64,000 nucleotides of DNA from Lingula anatina. Taxonomy: Eukaryota; Animalia; Brachiopoda. Position 1 is the first letter of the stretch. Each line of letters begins with the position of its first letter. The stretch lies in NCBI GenBank assembly GCA_051362555.1, contig CM120640.1:17112001-17176000 (forward strand), read 5' to 3'. The position numbers and the translations under genes were made by a program. The notes beneath the pieces were generated by a model, which saw nothing but the letters and a program-made list of their open reading frames with translations, was not told where the DNA came from and searched no databases. This document shows positions 40,601-51,700 of the stretch, one piece after another.

Positions 40601-43600
40601 AAGACTGCATTCTTCACAGCTATGACTGCTTGGAGGAGGTGACGGTGAGCATCTTCCCCTATGTAACTTGTGGTAATGATCACATGAGGATCTTCATCAT
40701 CTCCTTCTTCAGTCACTTCAGCACTATCAAGCTGTCTACCAAAAAGCTAAAGTGGGCAAAATGGTGCATTGTGCTACTTTCTCCATTTGTAATAAATCAA
40801 GATAGGAGGGAATGTAACTGTGTCTTTTTTCTTAAATGTGAGGAAGAAAGTTTTACCTAGGGGAAGATAAACAACTAAATGGTGCAGATATTAATGGTTT
40901 AATTTTCTACTTTACAAAAATTTTACTGCCAAAACCACAAAATGCCAAATGGATAAAAAACTACTAATGACTGACCTTAGCAAGCAAAAATGCATTAATC
41001 ATCAAAAACCTTCACCAATAATATCATTAATAAATACCAAAAAGATAAATAAGGACAGCCTCACTCACACTTAAAAAAGAAGGTTTCTGTGGTTGACTAC
41101 TACCAAATGGTTTCCTTACTCCATGCCCCTTAAGAGTGATACTACAGAGGGTTTCACGCTGAATTCTGTTGATTGTTGTACCTTTTCTGCCTATTAAGCG
41201 TCCAATCAAGTTTTTCTGTAAAAAAAAATTACAACAATTTCTCATAATCATTAACTCAAGAGAGCAAAATAATTATTTTGCTGGGCAATAACTGAAGGTT
41301 TCAGTTTTCAATTATAATAAAACTGTTCTATAAATCAATAAAAAGTATTAATAAACATCCTTTCAATACTTGTGGAAAGCAGATATAAACAACAACAACA
41401 ACAATAATAATACAAGTTGAGATTGTATGTGACCTAATTCCAAGAGATGGGGACACAGGCTTTTGTACTTGTAGTCTAGGAGAAGATGGGGTAATGGTGA
41501 CTTGTATCTGCGGAGCCAATAGGGACTGTATGAGATTGGTCGGGACTAAAACAATGAGTACCACCAGCACTTACACTCCACTCCGATTATTGTTGTTATT
41601 ATTGGGCCATTCCGTGGTATTTGTGTCCTGGGCATAAAATTTTCAAATGTACAAAAATCAATCAAAAGTTGCATTTTCTGAAAGAAGAGACTTCAGGGGA
41701 TAAGAATTTGTAAAAGATTTACCTGTATTTTTTGAATTCATGATTTTATAGCGCGTTAAACTTGAAAAATGTGAAAATTAGCATTACGGACGGAATTTTT
41801 TATTTTTTGCATATAACACTCAAAATAAATTTTAATCAATATCTTTCAATTGAGACATAAATTACAGCAATTCCTTGAGGTAAACACATAAAAAATCAAG
41901 TGAAATCTTTAAAAAATAGTTAATTAATCATTAATCCAAAGTTGTTTTTTCCGTCCGTAATGATTTGGGCTCTTTTTTTTAAGTTTTTTTAAAGACTACT
42001 TGGCAAAAAAAATTTTCCTTTCATATTCTCCTCACACTAGTCCTATGTTTACCAAATATCCAAAAAAAATGTTTTAAACATGTTTGATGACAAATTAATT
42101 TCATAATAAAAAATCATTACGGATGGAAAATTAGCATTACGGACGGAAAGGCATAGCTACCTGGCTATAACATTTCTACTGAGTGGTTTCATGTGGCATT
42201 TGAATTGCACCTTAAGGATCACTTATGATCATGGCTTCTCCTGGATATTTTCAGTTACTAGTACTTTGATTGCAATTTGAAGATAAAATGTGCTTCTGAT
42301 CACTTACCTGTCATATACATGTTGCATGCATCTGGGAGATGAGCAGTTAAGATAATTACTGACCGCGAGTAATCAAAGATGACTAGAGGCCAGGCTTTTG
42401 TTTTGGCAACATAACACTTAAATCCTATGTCCTGGTTCAGAGATTAACAGTAAAGATGAGCAAAGGACAAGTCAAAGACACTATTTGCCTTTCCTTCTCA
42501 AGAAGACAGCGTGGATTTCCAATGACCAAATTATCAAACTTTTACCATTCCCTGTGATGGACCAACGCCAGAGATACAAATTCTCTGTTGATCTTAATGT
42601 GTCAGAATAAAAACAAATTGTTTAAACTTTAGCATGAAAAAAAAAAGACTTTTAAAATGTAGCTATTCTGAATGAGCATTCAACACAGCATTTTAAACAA
42701 TGACTACGTATATCAGAACGCAAGGAATCTCTTATTCCTGAAAGTGTACACTGTAGTTGATTTTTGTAATTTGAAATAGCTCACAAAAATATTTGAGTTG
42801 ACATCAAAAATAACTTTCTGTTATGTATGTATTTAGTAAATAGTTAACTTTAACCATGAATAAATGATTAATTGTACTTTTTTAATGGCTTCTGTGTAAG
42901 TTTTGCACTGTGGACAAATTTTCCGTCCGTAATTTTCCGTCCGTAATCTGACATGATTTTTTAAACTTCAAAATTTCATAACAAAAAAATTTTTTTTTCA
43001 ATAACCTTTTACATTTCTAGTAACTAGAATAATGAAATTGTCATGTCAGTGCAGTTTTATCTTTAAAAAGCCACAAACAGAGCAGAGTTTTGAAGTTGAA
43101 GTTGATTAATAAAAATGCTTGTCCATTTCTTTCCGTCCGTAATGGTGATCAATAACCAATATTTCTCAAAAACTAATAATTGTTATTTCAAGTTTTTTGG
43201 TCACAAGTTTAGGCTTGCACTAATCAATATTCCTGCCAAATTTGAACAATGTATGTATTATAGTTTTTGTAGAATTTATTTTTAAAGTGTCAAAATTCCG
43301 TCCGTAATGCAAAACGAATACCACGGAATGCCCCTATTATAATTATTGTTATGCAGTAATGCTGTAATGCAGTTAAAGTCATTATTATTACTATTACAAC
43401 TGACACATAACTAGTATTTTGTAATGTGGGTGAAAGCCCTGAAATACTGAAACAAAATATATACGATTATTTTCTTTCAATATCAAACTAAATTGTGATA
43501 AAAGGGCACTAAGATGTTCAAAAATTATAAAACTCATAAAATGCGTGACCAAAGATTTAAAGAAACATTCCATTTCAAGACTCAATCAAGGAAAATATGT

Positions 43601-43785
43601 CAGTAGTTACATTTGGATATTGCTTCACAGGCAGATACAGTGTGGCTGATAGCCGAGCAACACCACCACTTTTCCACTGAGGTGACTGCTTCTTCACTTG
43701 AACACCAGGTATGTGTAGATTAACTGATGACTGCACACTTGGGTTAAGTCTAGTGAGTTCTGAAAAGAAAAGGAGAAATACATTA

Positions 43786-43817
<32 letters not shown>

Positions 43818-44337
43818 GCAAACCACCAACTAAAGTAATAAACTTTACCTTATTTTGCGTGAATAGTGTATGACTAAAAAGGTATTTTGTCTTCAAAGAA
43901 TAAATGAAGTAATTCAATCAAAATTTAAAAAACTGAAATAGGCGAAGCCATTTTCAACAAACACCAACATATAACTTCATAGTGGACCTCAGGCTCAAAC
44001 TGACTACTAGTAAATATGCACAGATAAGTTATATATTATATATTAGATATTCATTTCAATTTAGCTTACAATTTAAAAAAAAATACCATCTACTCATTTA
44101 ATTTAATCAACCAATGGCTCTTCCTGTAAATACAAAAGTACCGAAGTTTCAACTTAGGTTTTAGTTAGAGTTGCTGTATCAGAGATGCTTACCTGCATCA
44201 ATCAAGGAAAATGAATGCTTAAATGCCTCCCGCGGAATATCCAAATCCTCTACCAAGTTCTCAAGGACTGTTATTTCGGAGACAAGTTCATCTAACTTTT
44301 TCGCATCTCGAGATGCTTGTGAAGAACCTTCTGCCAT
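37614..44337 (-). CDS. Chimeric STAR-type (QUA1 + KH) RNA-binding domain fused to BTB-BACK-Kelch (KLHL-like), 7 exons, ~937 aa
   Basis: Exons 44337-44193 (QUA1-like ...FKHSFSLIDAELTRL), 43759-43611 (LYLPVKQYPN), 41215-41120 (LIGRLIGRKGTTINRIQRETLCSITLKGHG), 40746-40594 (EDPHVII...AVIAVKNAVLPE), 40301-38765 (LCDVTLVVEG..AHTIVLAAMSPYFEALF BTB, BACK, Kelch GG repeats), 38598-38346, 38094-37614. All junctions are GT-AG and in phase. The BTB-Kelch part is very secure; the KH-to-BTB join is inferred from splice signals. Confidence 0.8.
41604..43334. mobile_element. Non-autonomous DNA transposon with 4-bp TSD (Sola2-like), in intron 2 of the KH-BTB-Kelch gene
   Basis: TIR GGGSCATTCCGTGGTATT at both ends; TATT TSD at 41600-03 and 43335-38; about eight copies of ATTACGGAYGGAA in both orientations; no ORF. 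Confidence 0.8.
43786..43812. repeat. (CA)n microsatellite
   Basis: Read directly. Confidence 0.9.
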
Positions 44338-45250
44338 GTTTTTCGACTACAGCTCAAAGCGAAACAAATACCTCGCACACCAGACAAAGTGTAAATTGGG
44401 TGAGCTGGTGAATTATTCCTATTCGTCTAGGGGCTATAGGTGAGCCATTTTCATCTGCTTCATATGCCACAGTTCAATAATGATGAATGCAATTAAGTTA
44501 TACCTTAAATGCTGAAGCCACTATGCCACCAACGCTGTCTGTGGATCTCAAAAGATGTCGCTCTATGAAGATGCGTCTAAACGATAATTCTATTAATAAA
44601 CAACAAAACACTGTCAGATACACAACATAATCGAATCTGTGTCTATAAATGCTATAGAGCTACGATAAAATCGATTCATTGCGTGTCTTCTAAAATAATT
44701 ATAAAACAGTATATGCGCTAAAACTTGAATGATGTTCTGTAGCTTGTCTTGCATTGAACCCGCCCTGCATGAAAAATTGTGGCGAATGTTGTCTGTCTGT
44801 TCATCTGCAGTGAGACGCTTGGAGATATTTGGCAAAACTCTTTTATGTATCGTAGCTGTTGCAAACGGAAAGTGTTAAGTAAAATACAGTTATCATTTAT
44901 TTAAAGGAACGTAACAGAATACTTCATTAATATTTTTATTACGACCTGTAAATAAAGTGTCCTCGTTTTCAACTCTTTGTGTTCATTTTTTAAGTCGGTA
45001 ATATGACATTTTCAATTATGTTTGATGTTTCAGTTTTAGTAATAACCACAGGTTCCAAGTGCTGCGTGTCAATAGTCTTAAGTTTCGGTGGTATTGTGCC
45101 GAGATTTGCTAAATTCCAGTGGCAATTGTACCTGTACCTGAATCCGGTGCGGTGCCATCGTGTCAGCATATGTTCCGTTTTAGTGCTTTGCTTTTGTGAT
45201 AAACATGATATATTGCACCATGATATATTGCATCTCAGGCATACTGAAAT
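44338..45250. promoter_or_regulatory. Divergent promoter region between the STAR-KH-BTB-Kelch gene and the RING/CCCH gene
   Basis: CpG-retaining stretch between two divergent ATGs; candidate + strand donor AG|GTGAGC at 44440; ETS-like CGGAAAGT at ~44866; the first coding exon of the + gene is preceded by an acceptor at 45677. The exact TSSs cannot be determined. Confidence 0.5.
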
Positions 45251-45721
45251 TTGGTAGTAATAATAATAAAACAAAAAATTTAATTTTTCTTATTTGAAAC
45301 ATACTGTATTTATCCTTTAAAAATATTACTAATACTAATTAATAATAGTATTACTGAGAAATTTGAAGGATGTTAGTGTATGTAACCTTTCTGTGGGTGA
45401 AATATATTAATCTGTTCAGAATAAACGGAAATAATGTGAACTTCTGTCTTTGAAAATTTATTTTGTATTTAGCCTGTGTTTCAGAAATAAAATGAACATC
45501 TCAGGTTTTGCTCCATAGTAATACCTTTATAGCCATAATATTTAGAGATCCAAGTAAGTGTGGAAAATGGGATTACCCCACAAGAGAAAACCAACATCTT
45601 AATTATGTCAGTTCCAATTATTAAGTTTTTACATAGTGCAGTTACTGTATGATAGTTATACATGTATTTTATTTTAGCATCATCTGCCAATGCTGACCAG
45701 TTGTAAGGGGCCAAATTTGCC

Positions 45722-48700
45722 ATGTTCCCTTATCCCTCCCAGCAGCATGCGTCTGGATACTACCACCCAACTTCTTCAGATGCTACCTCAAATTCCAATC
45801 AGTACTTCCTGCCACCATGTTCATCACCACAGTCCCGGAGTTTACAGCAATATCTCCCAGCACTGCCCCAAGCCCCAGTAGGACAGTACCATCAGGGTTC
45901 TTGGGCACATACTGGAGCAGCTGTGCAGGCACCTGTTGTAGCTCCTATAGTTCCATCACCAGCCGTGAATTATGCAATTCCTGCAGAGGCTGCAACACAG
46001 GGTGCTACCCTGTTTTATGGGCAGTATCCTGTAGTCCCTTGCAGCCAAACTCTAGACAGCTCTGGATATCTGCCATCCAATAGCAATTCTAGTGCAACAT
46101 TAGGAACATGGTCAGTGTCAGGATGCCCTGTTGAACCATACTTGTTACACCTAACGTCTCCACCACCAAAGCAAGCTGTCAAGACAGAGCAATTGGGTAG
46201 AGAAAGACTGTATACTAGGCAAGGTAATGTTACTCCCACACTGATACAAAAGCAGGAACAGATGCCAAGACCTACTAGTGCTCAAGTCTGTAAGACAGCT
46301 TTGGAACCAATACCAGAGTATGCAGAAACAAAACCTGATTTGTCTGAGAAGTTGTTCTGGTAAGTCAAGCCAGAGAATTTGAAATGGATTTGAAAGCATT
46401 TTGCTTCATCTTCTAATTAATATTCAGATTTTTATGTTAATGTTAATCAGCCTCTTAGAACCAGGTTGGACCTTGAATACAAAAGTAGATGCATTGCAGT
46501 AGCTAATATAAAATTATTAATTTGTTTAGTAGAGGCATTGCAGAAGTTGATATAAAATTATTAATTTGATTTTCATTTTAAGGAAATTCTTGGAAGTTTT
46601 AAAAACCTATGGGCCTCAAGAGGTGAACAGTGAAAAACTTCTAAATGTCTTCATGAATCTTAGCCCACATGAGCGCAGATTTATCATGTCTCATGGAACT
46701 TTGAAAGAATTTTTGTCCACATTCCCATCCCTGTATTTGGAGAATGGCTTTCTGTATTTACGCCAGCGTGGAGCACCAGCTGAGGATAAAACAATTTCAG
46801 GGAGTGAAAAGTATGTACAAAATGAATAGAACTGCTGGAAAATGGTAGAAGTTATGTTTTTGTGTGTTGGTATATTAGTTAAGAGCCTATCAGTACCCGA
46901 AAAAGTTCTGAATGGATTTTGATGTAATTTTTGCGATAGGTCAGAAATGTGCTTACCTACAATTAATTAACATTTGGTGTTGACCTATTTTTAGTTGATT
47001 AATTAATTAATAATAAGAATTTTACTCCCTTGGCAGAGGTCTGTCCTCTCTGAATGCTTTTCTGTACATAGTTAATGGTTAGTTTAATCAGTAATGAGAC
47101 TTTATGGAATATTCTCAAATTTTGAGTGATGTGCAAATACACAGTTTTTGATAACAAGCCTTAGCTATTAAAAATTGGTTATTTTACATTTTTAATGCTT
47201 TTGCAGGATCACCAAGGAGGAAACGGTTGGAAATATAAATGAGAATTGCAAAAACAATTTAATAGAGATACCAATGCATGACAGAGATTCACTGGATGAA
47301 ATAGGTCAAGTACCTGATAGCTAAATTCAGACCGTAAATTGTGTTAAAATAACTAAGTGTCCTTGTACCAGTTCCTGTTTTGTAATAAAACGGTCATTTT
47401 GTAAATTCTTCCAACAACTAATTTGGAAGAAATGGAAAGCTTATGAAAACACTAAGCCAATGACCAGGGCTACATATCATTAAATGTTTGGTATAATTAA
47501 TTGTTACACATAGATTCTGATGTGACAGTTTGCTTAAATTTCAGATGACCGTGACTGTATTATCCCCGAGTCTCTGCAGCAGAAGTCTGTCTTTGAGGAT
47601 ATTGCAAGGACACATGGGATCTCAATAGGGACAGCACAGGAATGCAATTCAAAAACCTTCCCCACAACCGAGGAATCAGTCAAAGATCAGACTTGTGACT
47701 CCTCACAAGCTGTGTTGGATCACATTGACAAAGAGTGTGTTAGAAAGACCACTGAAATACCATGCAGTGAGTTGGTTCAGCAGACAAAATATGCATACAG
47801 TGAAGATGTCTGGAAACCCAAGGGCATCGTGAACCCTAAAATCAGTAAGGGGTGCACAAAAAGCAAGATGTTGAGAATTGAATGTCTAAATCATGCTTTG
47901 ACTGGAAATTCTGACCATAGTGAGGCATATCACAATGATCATATAATTCCATACACAGCAAAGGATACACTATCCACAAAAAATGATGCTCCAGCTGATA
48001 TCAAACTGACAGAAGTGATGAATAAAACTCAAGAGCTGGAAAATGTGTCCACCAACAATCAAATATGTTCTGGAATGCCAGTGAAGCATTTTGATGGAAA
48101 ACAAGATTTACCTGACTTTGCTGATTTGGAATTTGTGATTGAAGCATATGAAATGGGCATGAAGTATTGTCAGAAGAACACAAAAGATGCCCTGCTTATT
48201 GCAGCAAAACAGTTGGTTTTAGAGACGTTGGTTAGTACCAAAGAGAATATGAAATTTACAGATAGAAAGTTACTTGATGATAAGACTCCAACAAAGGATG
48301 AAGTGCATCCAATGAAAACTACTGGGTCTCAAAGTGTCTTTTCCCATGACAGTGGATTTAAAGACCAAAATGCAACTTTTTCTAGTCCAGATATTGATTC
48401 TGATACAAGTGACATGGCTGTGTCTCAAGAACCTCAACTCAAACTGCCAGCACCATCTGCAGAAACATACCTCTCTCCATCCAGATTGAAAGCAACAGCT
48501 CCAGAGTTCAAATTAAAGCCAAGTCCTTTATCCCCAGGTGGTGGCACAGCCTCTTTAGTTGCAGGTGATCCAAAGATCATATCATCAAAATCGGAGACCT
48601 CCTCTCCATCCAGATTGAGGCCAGCGGCTCAGGAATTCAAATTCAAACCACTTGTATCTTCATCGGTGCCATCAATAGGGGGCTCCCCATCAAGGCTGAA

Positions 48701-51700
48701 GGCTACAGTCTCAGAGTTTGTTCCCAGGTTCAAGCAGCCAGCCCTTTCCAAGATACCTGATATATTATCAGTGCAGCACCAAGAGCAACAAACTGACCAC
48801 CCTTCTTGTTACCAGAAAGAAACTGGCACCAGCCCCAGGAGACTGAAAACTAAAGAGTTTAGTGCCCAGTCTGCAGTGGACGTTGCAGAGGTGATGATAA
48901 ATACAGAAGAGTGTCTGTTTTCAGAAGAGTCCACATACTATGTGGAGCCATGTCAAACTGCACGTAAATCCACAAACACCGAAATATCAGGACGCATCAG
49001 AGCTGAACCTAGGATGCTGTCCAGGTATACCAGCACAGAATCTGGGTCAGTGGTGGATAGAAAGATTTTTGATAATGCTGTGACACAACTTATTGCTGCA
49101 GAGGTAAGAATGATGTTGTTTTCAATGTTTGCGCCAAAATATGATTCCCCAAAATGAATTTATGAAAGTTTATCTGTTTTTGAATCTGACCATTATCCTT
49201 TCTGTACTGTTTATAATGTAATATTCATACATAATTTATCATATACATTTAAAAGTTGTTTTGATGCTGAAAGAGGAATAAAATAAATATATAATTGCCT
49301 GATTTATCAAAAGATTACCAGGTTCTTTTATGATTGATAAATTGAAATGTTTTCATCATGTACATACATATAAGTATTATTTCAGATCAAGGTACTTCAA
49401 CTACAATTTTACTTGTGCTCTGAAAGACTGCTCAACTGGTTTGAAGATTGGAAGAAACTGCAGAACCTTGACAGGTAAATCTATTTTTCTATTTTATAGC
49501 TGTGGAACTAAGGGGAATATTGTTTGAAAGAATGAGTTTAATTTTGCAGAATGTTTTTGCAAAAATTTTTGTTTTATGATAATGAAAGAATCCCAATATA
49601 AGCAGGTTCTAGAATAAGCATTATGATATTTTATTTTTGTATTCTGTATCAATTACATTTTAGTTTTAATAAATTTGAGATTTTTTAAAAGCTTTTCTAG
49701 ATATGATCAACACGTGATGGACACTCTTAATACTGGGAAACAAAATGTAGGGGAAGAACTAAAAAGAATGCAGGTAAATTTGGTTTTAAAATATAGTGAA
49801 CATGCATAGTATACTATTTTAAATTATACTGCTTTTATACATTACTTAAAATTATCAGTTAATCAGTGCACCCAGTACCTGATATTTGTTTCTTGGAAAA
49901 ATCTGGTATTTGCTACATATACAATCTAAAAGTTGTATGTTTAAATAAGTCAATTTGTGTAATATTGTCATTGACTTGTTACAATTTCCAAGATTTTATC
50001 AGTTTTTTTTTTTTAATTTCAAGGCGCTTTATGAGACCAATGTACGTGAACTGTGTAAGGGTGTTCCACTGGAATCATTGACTGCATTGAAGGTCAATTT
50101 ACCTACTACACAAGGACCAAACAAGTTTTCACCTCGTGAAGTACGTTTCTTTTCTGATATTAAATGTGATGACAGAAATGTCTGAATTGTTCATCTGATA
50201 TTGATATTTTTTTTTTTTAGTAATATACCTCAGCCTGATATAATAAGATCGTGGTTGCAGTCACTGAAAAATCATTTGGTTGTTGTCAAGTTATGTTATG
50301 TTATCAGTTTTCTTCTGATTATATATAACATACTTTTATCAGCTTTATCTGAAATTTCTACTCATGTTTACGAGATTGCTTTCTGAATAGGATATTTTAA
50401 AGATCTCACACTAATAAAATGTTGAATTTTAGAGCTAAATTTTACTTCCACTATAACTACTTTTTACATGTTCAGGTTGATTACAACAAGATTGTGAAGG
50501 CTTTCCTTGAGCATTACTGTCCAAATGATTGTGTGGACCCTGAGGTGATTGTGCTGAATGAAAGGTCATGGGACCGCTTCATGACAAAAGAATACAAGAA
50601 GGAAGCGCAGAAGGGGCATGCTGCTGCAATGCCAGAAGTGCCACTCCCAGTCAACCCTGATTTGACACCAGATCCACTGACATTTGCTGGAAATGTGCAG
50701 AATGAAGTGCCAACTGTTGGGGTAACATCCTCTGTCAATCAGCTACAACTGCCAAAATCCCAGATAGCAGGTGGTGCCTCATCAGCAGTTGGCCAGCAAA
50801 GTGACAAAGTGGTCTCCAGTTCTCTTCAGGCAGAGACAGTTCTACCTTGTGGTGTCATGCAATCCACTGGTGATAATCCCAAGGGATTTGATGTCATTGC
50901 CAAGATTCAACTTTCAAATGATGGTATAGGTTATTACATTTTAAACAAGCTAAATATTACTACTATGGTTATATGTATTACTGTCTACTTCCGCAGTGTG
51001 TGTGTTTCTGTGTGTGTGTGTGTGTTATCAAGATTCACAACCTTAATGCATTTTGAAAATAGATTGTGTTTAAATTTCTTCTTCCATTTAACACTCTAAG
51101 TAGACATCAGTAGTATTTAGAAGATAAAGTACAGCCAGTATAAGACAAGTTTTAAAGTATACAGTTTTGCAAATTGTCTGCATTATTTGCCTTTTGAAGA
51201 CGAAGAGAAGAGAACCTTATTACGTATTCCAACAAAATGTCCACCAGGATTGTCCAATATACAGGCAAGTTTGTTCTCTTTGGTTACTTCATAAAGTTGA
51301 CAGGTGGATAAGTTCATTATTTGATCCAAACATGTTTCAATTACTTTTTGTATCACTGAAATAAATTAGTTTATTCTTTATTTTTTCTACACAGTCAAGG
51401 TGGAAGCTATCTTTTTGTATCATGAAATACTTTTTCATTTTAGTAATATGCAAAGGTATATTTTTAGGAGCCTATTATCAAGAAAGCATTCAAGCCTTTA
51501 GGAAGAAGAGCTCTTAAACCAAGAAAAAACAAAGTTGCAGAGCCAAAAGTGTTGGTTTCATCTGCTTTTGAAACCAGTGCTAGCAGTCACAACCAATCAA
51601 ATAAATTGGGTAACTCTATTATTCTCAGTGAAACTAATTCAAAATTACCAGATATGGATGATGGAATCAGTGAGTCAAGTACACTAACATCAGAGGAAGT

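Noticed and set aside
41780-43312. ATTACGGACGGAA repeats as a CRISPR-like array
   Set aside because: Eukaryotic intron, irregular spacing, mixed orientation, enclosed by TIRs and a TSD.
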